Below, piece by piece: positions 1 through 10,899 of a stretch of DNA of 32,000 bases; the stretch's first letter is position 1; each line of letters begins with the position of its first letter. This DNA is from Xylella taiwanensis (GTDB lineage: Bacteria > Pseudomonadota > Gammaproteobacteria > Xanthomonadales > Xanthomonadaceae), in NCBI RefSeq assembly GCF_013177435.1, contig NZ_CP053627.1, forward strand, positions 1,140,001 through 1,172,000, in the 5' to 3' direction. A program made the position numbers and the translations under genes. The notes below the pieces were generated by a model. It ran no database searches and had not been told where the DNA came from. It saw only the letters and a list, made by a program, of their open reading frames with translations.

Positions 1-204
1 GTAAGCCATCGGCAATCGGAGCCAAGCCAATCAAGGTGATGAGCATGACATCAAGCTTCTCGTCTTTGGAGCAAATACAGCGATAACTTTTGAGCCTGCG
101 GAACAGGCGTTCGGCCTTATTGCAGCGCTTGTACATCTTGAGGTCATATTCCCAATTTCCAAAGCTCTATGTCTGTGCACAGCGGCGGTACGACGGCGAT
201 GGAG
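1..204 (-). pseudogene. IS5-family DDE transposase, C-terminal relic (truncated by the window edge and by the Tn3-type end at 205)
   Basis: Minus-strand translation gives SIAVVPPLCTDIELW, then after one frameshift NWEYDLKMYKRCNKAERLFRRLKSYRCICSKDEKLDVMLITLIGLAPIADGL. This follows the conserved IS5-family C-terminal pattern (..PVVPPK.NR..PW.YD...YK.RN.IER.F.RLK..RRI..R..K.D..). There is no start codon and the frame is broken. Confidence 0.7.
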
Positions 205-242
205 GGGGCTTTTGCGAGAGAGGGCGGAATCCTACGATAAAG
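205..242. repeat. Putative Tn3-family terminal inverted repeat (38-bp core; similarity may continue to about 285)
   Basis: The sequence is GGGGCTTTTGCGAGAGAGGGCGGAATCCTACGATAAAG. It starts with GGGG and ends in TAAAG, as Tn3-family 38-bp IRs do (GGGG...TAAG). It lies exactly at the distal end of the tnpA fragment, whose frame reads through it. From memory, the block GGCGGAATCCTACG.TAA.G.TTTGGCCA.CGATATTCTCCGGTG.GATTGATGTG resembles the long IR of Tn5393-type elements; this is not verified. Confidence 0.55.
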
Positions 243-930
243 TTTTGGCCAACGATATTCTCCGGTGTGATTGATGTGCTCCCATCCGAGCGGCGAGATA
301 TGAGCCAGCAGATCGAGTAATGGCAATTTAACCTTGCTTTTCTGGTTGGCGACGATTTCGGCCAACTGTATGGTGTTCCTGAAGAGAATGATCGCGGCAA
401 GCAGGTTCATGTCGGTGATCTGGTAGTACTCGCCTTCGGCAGAACGGTCGCGGATTTGGCCCCGGCGATGGAAGCTGATAGCTCCTTTGAGCGTGTGATG
501 GGCTTCGTCCTTGTTGAGCCCGATATGGGCGTGGCGTTATCTGACTGGGCGTGATGCTTCTGGCTGTAATGGTGGTGGCAATGCGCAGGATGTCAGGCTA
601 GTTGCGCTCGATCATGGCTTGATTGATTTTTCCGCCGCTCATGGCCCACAGGCGTACCGGGACGGTCGAAGGATTGAAAGCGTAGAGTTGTTCGGACGGC
701 AGATCGCGGATGCACGGAGCAAACCGGTAGCCAGCAATAGCGCATGCGGCAAAAACATGATCAGTGAAGCCGCCTGTGTTGACCAATTGCTCTGGGATAT
801 AACAACCGGCATTCGTTTATGAATAGGCCGTCGAGGATGTAGGGGACTTCGCTTGCCGTTGCAGGGATCATTTGGGTTGCGAACGGCGCATTTCTAGTGT
901 TCTGCCCTGTGCGTTGGTTGATTCGCACAT
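205..930 (-). pseudogene. tnpA: Tn3-family transposase TnpA, C-terminal fragment with stops, frameshifts and an internal deletion
   Basis: Minus-strand pieces in several frames:
- NAPFATQMIPATASEVPYILDGL
- VNTGGFTDHVFAACAIAGYRFAPCIRDLPSEQLYAF...GGKINQAMIERN*PDILRIATTI (stop at the conserved W)
- HIGLNKDEAHHTLKGAISFHRRGQIRDRSAEGEYYQITDMNLLAAIILFRNT...LLAHISPLGWEHINHTGEYRW

These are hallmark Tn3-family TnpA C-terminal motifs. About 750 N-terminal residues are missing. Confidence 0.85.
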
Positions 931-1614
931 CGAAGATTTAATCCTGTAGCTTTAATTATAAATCTTGGTAGCGTTCGAGGATGGGTGCTGTGCTGAAATT
1001 GTCTTGTCCGACGTGTCCACATGAGTGACAAACAGATGCACCAGTTTGGATGCGTTTGCCACCACGCACCGCACAGGAGCTACGCTGCAGGCCGATGGTG
1101 ACTTATATCGCGTCGTTCACGTGATTGATGACGAATATCGCTGGAACCGAAGTTCGGGGAGCAATGGAACAGGAAAGTCAGTTAAATCGTCGCATTCCAG
1201 CCTAAGCCCCTGATTACGTTGGCTGCCAATTTTTTACCGGAACAATGTCACAAGATAGACCATTAAAGCTGCACCCATTGCTATAACTGTGTAGTTCGTC
1301 TTGCGGTTTGCTCTTTGGCAATCTGCCATTGCCGCTTCGCTAATTGTTTTTGGACCTTGTCAAACAAACGTGTTGGAAATGGTGAATCCGAAAACGGCCA
1401 AGACCAGAGCCAACGACATAGTGTTGCGCTTGACTCTTGGTCATGCTGAAACTCCTTTGTCGATCACAGGTGAGTGCGAGAGAAACGAGGCTTTATCTCT
1501 TAAGCGAAGTAGAATGCCAAAGTAAAAAGCAGAAACCTGCTATGAATCTCCCCTAGTTCCTGGCCGTGTTTGCAGGTGCCAACTATTCAGTGGTGTAGCG
1601 ACAGGATCTGCAAG

Positions 1615-2307
1615 CTACGATCCGTTTGCCATCAAGCGATAGCCAATGCCAAGTTCGTTCATGATGAGCGCAGGGCGTGCTGGATCGATTTCGAGCTTCT
1701 GGCGCAGGTTCCTCACGACGATCCGCAGATAGTCGATCCGTCGGTCGACTTCATAGGGCCAGACGGCTGCGAGCACGCTCTGATGGGTTATAACGCGACC
1801 GGGATGCAGCGCGAGTTGCTGCAGAACCTCGAACTCCTTGCGGGTCAGGTGCACCTCCACTGCGTCACGGGTGACGATTCGGTTGGCAAGATCGATGGTG
1901 ATGGCGCCAGCGCAGACCAACGCGGAAGCGCCCTGTGCCTCGACCCGATCACGAATATTGGCCCGCAACCGCGCCAGCACTTCCTCGCTGTCAAACGGCT
2001 TGGTGACATAATCTTGGGCGCCAAGATCAAGCGCGGCCACCTTTTGGTCAGTGGTGTCGCGTGCAGAGACGACGATGATCGCCGCGGTGCCTTGCTGATG
2101 CAGCAGTGTGACGATCTCTAAGCCATCGCGGTCAGGAAGACCGAGGTCGAGAAGGATTGCATCGGGCCGCGCGGACTTTGCTAGAGCGAGCGCATCGGCT
2201 GCAGTGGTCGCTTCCACGGCCTTATAGCCAGCCCGAATGAGCGTGTTTTGCAGCAGGCGGCGGATGTGCAGATCGTCATCGACGATCAGAACGCGTTGTT
2301 CCATCAT
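1615..2307 (-). CDS. kdpE: OmpR-family response regulator KdpE
   Basis: 230 aa. The receiver domain has VLIVDDD and phospho-acceptor context ILLDLGLPDRDG, followed by a winged-helix output domain (LTRKEFEVLQQLA...GYRL). It aligns along its length with E. coli KdpE as I recall it. The ATG overlaps the kdpD stop (ATGA). Confidence 0.93.
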   Translation of the reverse strand: MMEQRVLIVDDDLHIRRLLQNTLIRAGYKAVEATTAADALALAKSARPDAILLDLGLPDRDGLEIVTLLHQQGTAAIIVVSARDTTDQKVAALDLGAQDYVTKPFDSEEVLARLRANIRDRVEAQGASALVCAGAITIDLANRIVTRDAVEVHLTRKEFEVLQQLALHPGRVITHQSVLAAVWPYEVDRRIDYLRIVVRNLRQKLEIDPARPALIMNELGIGYRLMANGS

Positions 2308-4982
2308 ACGTCCATTCCTTGCTCAGAGTTCCACACCAGTAGCTGCGCGGGAAAATGAATGCTGAAGCAAGCACCGAGACCGTCCTCGCGGTTCCGCGCT
2401 TCGACCATCATGCCCATGGCCTCCGCGAACCCCTTGACGATTGCGAGACCCAGCCCAGTGCCGCTGATCGAGCGATCGGAGCCTGTAAGGCGGCGGAAGG
2501 ATTCGAACACTTCCTTTTCACTACCGGATGGAAGGCCAACGCCATGATTTGCAACCGACAGGATCAGTTTTTCGTAAGACTGTTCAACTCGAATGAGGAT
2601 CGACGTTCCTGGATTGCCGTAGCGCCCGGCATTGTCGAACAGGTTGAGCAGGCAATGGTGGAACAGTTGCGGATCGACCTTCACGAGCGGCAGGTCTGGT
2701 GCCATGTCGAGATTAATCGGATGACCATCCAGCGATTGGCGAGTATCACGGAGGGCACCGCTGACCGCGTCGGTAAGGTCGACTGTCTCGATGTTGAGTT
2801 TCAGAGCGTCCGCTTCGAGCCGCACCATGTCTAGCAAGTTGGTGACGAATCGATTTAGACGAGTCGCTTCGCTTTCGAGTGTGTCGAGCAGGGGATCTTT
2901 ATAGCGACGCCGGAGTTCTGCCGAAGCAGCGAGCACTGAGGTCAGGGGCGTGCGCAGATCGTGACTGACGGAGGAGAGGAGCGCTGCGCGCAGCCGATCG
3001 CGTTCACGCACTGCATCGACATCGCGCATTTCCGCTTCGAGCCGTAATCTTTCCAATGCGATGGCGGTCTGGTCGATAAGGCTGTTGAGCAGACCCAGCT
3101 GGTCCGAGCGGATTGGATTGCTGCCATCTTCCCGTGCGAGGCCGAGGACGGCGAGAATCTGATCACCGGCCTTGAGTGGCTGGAACTGCCAATCGGACGC
3201 CGTGAGCGTACCTGTCCCTCGCCCGGCCGACTGACCCGTATCACCGACCCACTTGACGGCGGCCATCTCTATCGTTTCCAGCACTGATCGCGCGTCGCTC
3301 GCTGCTTGGATCGAAAATCCGGCCGCAGATCGCTTAAGCAGAACGACCCGAAGCGAAAGCAGGCGGGCGATCTCGATACAGGCGGCGTTGGCGACATCCT
3401 GCGGATCGTTGAGTGCGGTCAACTGGCGCAGATAGCCTGCTAGAACCGCATTGGTGCGTGCGCTCATTGATGCAATGTCGGCTTGGAGTCGGACGCGTGA
3501 AGTAAGTTGGCTAGTGACGAAGGCGACGCCCACGAGGACGATAATCGAGATAACGTTCTCGGGATTGCTGACGTTGAACGCACCGATCGGCGGCAGGAAA
3601 AAGTAATTATAGGCGAGACTCGCAGTGAGCCCAGCAAACAGCCCAGTACGGAGACCAAACAGGCTTGCCGCCGTCATGACTGGCAGCAGAAACAGGAGTG
3701 CGATATTGCCGAGGTTCAGGATATGGAGCAGTACCGAGCCGATTGCCGTGATCGCTGCGACCATGAGCACTGAATAGACATAACCTGATGGTGCGCCCCA
3801 GCCCGAAGCAACGGGTGCTCCCTGTCTCGCGCTGCCGTTCCCAACACGCTGCTCGTTTTCTAATGGTAGGACGTGGACGGCGATACCGTGCGTTTTGCGG
3901 ACAAGATGATCGGCGACCGAGCCGTACCGCAGATCGACCCAGCGCGAGCGTACCGATTTGCCGACAATAAGTTGTGTTGCTCGGGCGTTGATCGCGAAGG
4001 CTTTCAACCCTTCGACCACATTTGCTGCAGGAACTGTCGCCACCTGGCCACCGAGTTGTGTTGCGAGTGCGAGAACTGCCGCAAGATGCTGATGCTCGTC
4101 GGAACCGAGTTGGCGCGTGTGTGTGGTTTCGATATAAACAGCGGTCCAAGGTGCATGAAGCGCGTCGGCGATACGTTTAGCGGCGCGTACCAAGCCGGTG
4201 GAGCTTGAAAGCTCATTTACTGCGACGATGATCCGCTCACTGCCCGCCCAGGTTCCGCCGAGTGCGTTGGCGCGGACATGTTCGAGCATCTGTGCATCGA
4301 CCACTTGAGCTGTGCGACGTAGTGCCAGCTCGCGCAACGCCGACAGGTTCGACTTTGAGAAGAAATGGTTGAGTGCCCGTGTGGCTTCTTGGGGCAGGTA
4401 AACTTTGCCCTCCTTCAACCGATCGATAAGCTCGTCCGGTGGAATGTCAACGACCTCAATCTCGGCTGTCTCAAGGATGCTGTCAGGAACGGTCTCGCGT
4501 ACGCGCACGCCCGTGAATGAGACGACCACGTCATTCAAGCTCTCTATATGCTGGATGTTGATCGTCGAGTAGACGTCAATGCCCGCGTCAAGTAACTCCT
4601 CGACATCCTGATACCGTTTGGAGTGCCGGCTACCGACTGCATTGGTGTGGGCTAGTTCGTCCACCAGCGCGAGCTGTGGGCGGCGCTCCAGCAGACCGTC
4701 TAGATCCATTTCGGTGAGCGTGTGCCCTTGATGGTTGACGTTGTGGCGCGGCAGGATTTCAAGGTTGCTTGTTAAGGCTTCGGTTTCAGCACGGTCATGG
4801 GTTTCGACGATACCGACCACGACGTCGATGCCTGCCTTCTTGCGGGCAGCCGCCTCGGAGAGCATCTCAAAGGTCTTGCCGACACCTGGCGCGGCACCGA
4901 GGAAAATCTTGAGCCGGCCCCGGCCTTCCTGCGCAGCGGCGCGTAGGAAGGCCTCAGGGTAGGCTAGTCTCCGTCTCGTCAA
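2304..4982 (-). CDS. kdpD: Sensor histidine kinase KdpD
   Basis: 892 aa with:
- an N-terminal KdpD domain with P-loop GAAPGVGKT
- a central block of hydrophobic helices
- H-box SVSHDLRTPLTSV
- ATP-binding G-boxes (GTGLGLAIV)

The only in-frame start upstream of the P-loop is TTG at 4982, which overlaps the kdpC stop (TTGA). Confidence 0.93.
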   Translation of the reverse strand: MTRRRLAYPEAFLRAAAQEGRGRLKIFLGAAPGVGKTFEMLSEAAARKKAGIDVVVGIVETHDRAETEALTSNLEILPRHNVNHQGHTLTEMDLDGLLERRPQLALVDELAHTNAVGSRHSKRYQDVEELLDAGIDVYSTINIQHIESLNDVVVSFTGVRVRETVPDSILETAEIEVVDIPPDELIDRLKEGKVYLPQEATRALNHFFSKSNLSALRELALRRTAQVVDAQMLEHVRANALGGTWAGSERIIVAVNELSSSTGLVRAAKRIADALHAPWTAVYIETTHTRQLGSDEHQHLAAVLALATQLGGQVATVPAANVVEGLKAFAINARATQLIVGKSVRSRWVDLRYGSVADHLVRKTHGIAVHVLPLENEQRVGNGSARQGAPVASGWGAPSGYVYSVLMVAAITAIGSVLLHILNLGNIALLFLLPVMTAASLFGLRTGLFAGLTASLAYNYFFLPPIGAFNVSNPENVISIIVLVGVAFVTSQLTSRVRLQADIASMSARTNAVLAGYLRQLTALNDPQDVANAACIEIARLLSLRVVLLKRSAAGFSIQAASDARSVLETIEMAAVKWVGDTGQSAGRGTGTLTASDWQFQPLKAGDQILAVLGLAREDGSNPIRSDQLGLLNSLIDQTAIALERLRLEAEMRDVDAVRERDRLRAALLSSVSHDLRTPLTSVLAASAELRRRYKDPLLDTLESEATRLNRFVTNLLDMVRLEADALKLNIETVDLTDAVSGALRDTRQSLDGHPINLDMAPDLPLVKVDPQLFHHCLLNLFDNAGRYGNPGTSILIRVEQSYEKLILSVANHGVGLPSGSEKEVFESFRRLTGSDRSISGTGLGLAIVKGFAEAMGMMVEARNREDGLGACFSIHFPAQLLVWNSEQGMDV

Positions 4983-5563
4983 CGCGTGCCACCGATCCTG
5001 TCGAGTGCTTGATTGAGAGCCAGTACATTGACGTGTGGCTCGCCTAGGACCCCCAGCAACGGGCGTTCGATACTTCGTTGCACCAGTGCACGAATCTGGT
5101 TTTCGGGCAGACCCCGTACGCGCGCAATGCGCGGGGCCTGTGCAATCGCGGCTTCAGGAGAGAGATCTGGATCGAGCCCGGAGCCACTTGCAGTCACAAG
5201 GTCCGCCGGGATCATGACCACGCCTTCTGAACGACGCTTTTTCACGTCCTGTTTGACGCGCTCGACCAAGGGCTGGCTTGTCGGTCCCAAATTCGAGCCT
5301 GACGAGGCTAGACCGTCATAGCCCTTTCCGGCAGTCGAAGGACGGGTCTGGAAATAGCGCTCGGACATGAACGCTTGGCCGACGACGGTCGAGCCGATCA
5401 CCTTGCCGCTGCTGTCATGAATGAGGCTGCCATTCGCCTGGGACGGGAAAATGGCTTGTCCGATACCGGTCATGGTAAGAGGATAAAGTATCCCGAGCAG
5501 CAGTGCGAACAGGATCGTCAGTATGATGGCCGGGCGCAGTGAAGTCATGAAATCGTTGCCCAT
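4979..5563 (-). CDS. kdpC: K+-transporting ATPase subunit KdpC
   Basis: 194 aa with a single N-terminal TM helix (LRPAIILTILFALLLGILYPL) and the KdpC-type SGSGLDPDLSPEAA motif. AAGGAG lies 7 nt upstream of the ATG at 5563. An alternative ATG at 5548 (MTSLRPA..) fits the E. coli N-terminus. Confidence 0.92.
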   Translation of the reverse strand: MGNDFMTSLRPAIILTILFALLLGILYPLTMTGIGQAIFPSQANGSLIHDSSGKVIGSTVVGQAFMSERYFQTRPSTAGKGYDGLASSGSNLGPTSQPLVERVKQDVKKRRSEGVVMIPADLVTASGSGLDPDLSPEAAIAQAPRIARVRGLPENQIRALVQRSIERPLLGVLGEPHVNVLALNQALDRIGGTR

Positions 5564-5574
5564 GATGATGCTCC

Positions 5575-7620
<2,046 letters not shown>

Positions 7621-9324
7621 TTAAAAGAGTTGGCTGCGAATCATCGCGAGATGATCGGCAATGGGACCGAGTGCAAGGCTCGGTAGGAAGGTGAGGCCGC
7701 CCAAGATCAGCACGATACCGACGAGCAGGCCGGTCCAGAGACCGCCAGTGGTTGGGAACGAACCTGCGCTCTCTGGTATGTACTTCTTGGTCGCCAGGCT
7801 GCCGGCGATCGCCAGCATCGGCACGATGATGAAGAAGCGGCCAATCCACATCGCGACGCCCAGCATGCCGTTGTAATAAGGCGTGTTGGCAGTGAGCCCC
7901 GCGAAGGCTGAGCCGTTGTTCCCGACCGCACTCGTGAAAGCGTAGAGAATTTCCGAAAAGCCGTGCGGTCCCTTGTTGAGGGGGCCTGCCAACCCTTGTT
8001 GGAGCACCGATGAGATCGCACTGAAGCCCAGGATAATCAATGGCAGCACCGCGATCGCCAGTACCGCTAGCTTCACTTCGCGCGCCTCAATCTTTTTGCC
8101 GACATATTCTGGGGTGCGGCCAACCATCAACCCAGCAATGAATACCGCGAGGATCGCAAATAGCAGGAAGCCGTAGATACCCGCGCCGACGCCGCCGACC
8201 ACGACTTCGCCTAGCTGGATGTTGAACAGTGGGATCATGCCGCCCAACGCGGTGAAGCTGTCGTGCATGGAATTGACAGCACCGCACGAGGCTGCTGTCG
8301 TGACGACAGAGAACAGGGAAGACGCCGCGATACCGAAGCGGACCTCCTTGCCCTCCATGTTACCCCCTGCGACGCCGAGGGAATGAATGACTGGATTGCC
8401 AGCTGCCTCCTGCCAGTAAGTGACGCTGACGCCAGCCAGGAACAGGATCACCATCGCCGCCAGGATTGCCCAACCCTGACGGGTGTTACCCACTGCCTTG
8501 CCGAAGCTCCAGGTCAGGCCGAAGCCGATCACGAAGATCGACAGCATTTGCACGAAATTGGTGAGTGCCGTCGGATTCTCAAAGGGGTGCGCTGAGTTCG
8601 CATTGAAGAAGCCACCACCATTGGTACCAAGCATCTTGATCGCTTCTTGGGAGGCCACTGGCCCGGTGACCAGGATCTGCTTGGCACCCTCGAGTGTGTT
8701 GATGTCGATGGTGCCTGCCAACGTCTGGGGCACACCACTTGCGATCAGAAAGAGCGTATAGAGGATGCAAACAGGTAGCAGGAGATATAGCGTGATCCGC
8801 GTGCAATCCGCCCAGAAGTTGCCGAGCGTCGTTGCGCTGCGACGCGCAAAACCACGAAACATGGCGAAGGCGAGCGCGATACCCGTCGCTGCGGATAGGA
8901 AGTTGTGGATCGTAAGGCCCAGCATCTGGCTGAGGTTCGACATGGTCGACTCGCCGCTATAGCTTTGCCAGTTGGTATTTGTGGTGAAGCTCACAGCGGT
9001 GTTGAACGAGAGATGCTCGCTCACACCTGTCAGCCCCTGCGGGTTACCCGGTAACACGCCTTGAAGCCGCAGCACCGCATAGGTGAACAGCATCAGCACG
9101 GCGTTGAAGATGAGCATGTGCACCGCGTAGCGGCGCCAGTTTTGCTCGATTGAGGGATCAATGCCGGCAAGCTTATAGAAGCTGCGTTCGATTGGGCCAA
9201 GCACGACATGAAGCGGCGTGCGGCGGCCCTCATAGAGCGCGAAAAGCCAAATGCCAACAGGCTTGGTCAGCAGCAATAGGATGCCGGTAAAGGCGAATAT
9301 CAGGATCCAGCCCTGGAGAGTCAT
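7621..9324 (-). CDS. kdpA: K+-transporting ATPase subunit KdpA (channel-like subunit)
   Basis: 567 aa, polytopic, with the conserved [16 protein letters not shown] and [21 protein letters not shown] blocks also present in E. coli KdpA. The ATG at 9324 is preceded by AAGGAA. Confidence 0.95.
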
Positions 9325-9337
9325 GAGTGTGTTCCTT

Positions 9338-9427
9338 TCAGAAGCGTTCGGGGCGGACGAGCACCGCCACGAGATAAGCCAGAAGGCCGAGTGTGGTCAG
9401 CCCGGCGAGCCAGAAATCGAGTGTCAT
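9338..9427 (-). CDS. kdpF: K+-transporting ATPase small subunit KdpF
   Basis: This 29-aa ORF is not in the supplied track (too short): [29 protein letters not shown]. It is a single TM helix with the KdpF-type LL.YLV.AL..PE.F ending. It lies 13 nt upstream of kdpA, with GAGG 8 nt before its ATG. Confidence 0.8.
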
Positions 9428-9436
9428 CGCATGACC

Positions 9437-9520
9437 TCAAACGTTATCGCACAGGTGAACATAGGCGAGTGGCAGGCCCACCAGTCCGAGCATGATTGCG
9501 ATCCAAAGCAAATCGTACAT
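9437..9520 (-). CDS. Unassigned 27-aa hydrophobic micro-ORF between the porin gene and kdpF
   Basis: MYDLLWIAIMLGLVGLPLAYVHLCDNV, verified codon by codon. AGGAG follows the porin stop directly (TAAAGGAGatgagccATG, 7-nt spacer). Its stop lies 9 nt before the kdpF ATG. I do not recognise a family. Confidence 0.4.
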   Translation of the reverse strand: MYDLLWIAIMLGLVGLPLAYVHLCDNV

Positions 9521-9532
9521 GGCTCATCTCCT

Positions 9533-10378
9533 TTAGAACGCCGCTGTCAGCGAGACAACGGCTGCACCGTCTGCGATGGACCCGATGCCGTCCTGACCTT
9601 TGCTGAAGCTCGGTTGGAGATAGGCTGCAGCCGAGCGACTGATATTGGTGTCGACGTAGGAAACGCCGAGTGTCAGGTTGTGCCAGCTGGCGTCTAATCC
9701 AAGCGACCAGTCCCAATATTTGCCGGTTGGTGCGATGCTCGTGGCGTTCTGTCCCAGGCCCGGATTGCCCTTGGAATAGCCAATATGTGCCTTGGCGGTG
9801 AGCGGGGTACCCTGGAGTGCGACTGCGGCGTCGCCCCAAAGGTAGAGATTGTCCTGTTTATCGTATGGTGCGTTGTAGACGCCGGCTGCGGCATCGGTAC
9901 CGGTGAAATACCAATGGCCTAGCGCCTTTTGCTTGGGCGCATAAGCAAAGCCCGTCGTCAAAGCTATGGGTCCCGTCGTGCCGCTCAGCTTTACATAAGA
10001 TTCAGCGAAGTTTGTATTGTTCGCACTTCCCGGGTACACGTACCAAGTGAGGCCGATGTCGAGCATGGTCTTCTTGGCTAGGGCCAGCTTGTAGCCGGCG
10101 ATGAGATCGAGTTCCATATTGGCACCGCCGAACGTGCCCCAGTACGCCAGATTGGCCGCCCAGGCTCCGACATATGCGCCGCTCTTGTGCGAAAGAGTGA
10201 ATCCGCCTTGAATGGTCATTGCTTTGTTGGTCTGCGAGACGCCCCGGAAGCGATAGTCCGAGGCGATCGACGCCGAGCCACTTACGGCAATATTTTGTTT
10301 CTCGGAATCTTGTGCGAAAGCTGGTGAGGCATTTGCGAGGAGAAAGATCGCGGCGGCTTCCGCCGGTATTCGTGACAT
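9533..10378 (-). CDS. TorF-family (Gcw_chp, TIGR02001-type) putative outer-membrane porin
   Basis: There is a signal peptide MSRIPAEAAAIFLLANASPAFA/QD. The family-typical block is VSGSASIASDYRFRGVSQTNKAMTIQGGFTLSHKSGAYVGAWAANL. The protein has alternating beta-strand character and a C-terminal aromatic residue (..LTAAF). The tracked ORF opens with GTG at 10390; the ATG at 10378 gives the sensible signal peptide. Confidence 0.8.
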   Translation of the reverse strand: MSRIPAEAAAIFLLANASPAFAQDSEKQNIAVSGSASIASDYRFRGVSQTNKAMTIQGGFTLSHKSGAYVGAWAANLAYWGTFGGANMELDLIAGYKLALAKKTMLDIGLTWYVYPGSANNTNFAESYVKLSGTTGPIALTTGFAYAPKQKALGHWYFTGTDAAAGVYNAPYDKQDNLYLWGDAAVALQGTPLTAKAHIGYSKGNPGLGQNATSIAPTGKYWDWSLGLDASWHNLTLGVSYVDTNISRSAAAYLQPSFSKGQDGIGSIADGAAVVSLTAAF

Positions 10379-10503
10379 TTCATCGTCCACATTGAAGTTA
10401 AGATGGACACAGAATATTGTCGCTCGCCGTAAAGTATCGAGGTGGAAACCGGCCTATATCCATAGTATTTGCATATAGTCATATCCGGCTTCGTCAACAG
10501 GCT

Positions 10504-10524
10504 TATCCACTGTGAATGTGGATA
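10504..10524. promoter_or_regulatory. Perfect 7-bp inverted repeat TATCCAC-N7-GTGGATA upstream of the porin-kdp operon (possible operator)
   Basis: The sequence is cTTATCCACtgtgaatGTGGATAGc, 126-146 nt upstream of the porin ATG. Each half resembles a DnaA-box-like TTATCCAC(A) 9-mer at 8 of 9 positions. Function is unknown. Confidence 0.2.
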
Positions 10525-10899
10525 GCTCGGCCACTCGACGGCCTCCCCTAGCACGCTAAGAGGCTAGCAACGCGTGTAATTCCTCAAATGCCAGTACCGG
10601 ACCTGAGCTGTTAACGCTACTTTCTCAAGTGTCAATGGATCTGTCTTGCCTTTGGATTGTGCAATCCCCAAAGAGCTGGGCCGTGTGTTGTGAAATCGGA
10701 TTCCCTTACCCTTTAAGCAAAACCGTAACCTGTGTTACCATGCCCTGATTGAATTTTTGCATGGAGACTGAAAAATGAGGATGATTTTTAAAGTTGGTGG
10801 GATGTTGCTGGCCATCGGCTTGGTGCTCTCCGGTTGTGAGCTGAGCGCATAGTCGAGCAGAAGTGAGCCGAAGCCCACCCATTGCTCTGGGCGTTTCAG

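Noticed and set aside
1570-2121. 183-aa plus-strand ORF overlapping kdpE
   Set aside because: It is antisense to a full-length, motif-complete response regulator and has no recognisable domain.
2499-2508. GGATTCGAAC, which resembles the complement of a tRNA T-arm (GGTTCGAATCC)
   Set aside because: It lies in the middle of the kdpD reading frame, the match is incomplete, and no acceptor or anticodon stems can be drawn around it.
10551-10560. GCACGCTAAG, identical to the inner 10 nt of the Tn21-type 38-bp IR as I recall it
   Set aside because: There is no GGGG 38 nt upstream, the remaining 28 nt do not match, and the orientation would put the element interior on the backbone side. I treat it as coincidence.
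10775-10852. 25-codon ORF with a perfect lipobox (LSGC) as a real lipoprotein gene
   Set aside because: Only four residues follow the lipidated Cys. It is most likely the 5' stub of a gene destroyed at the island junction.
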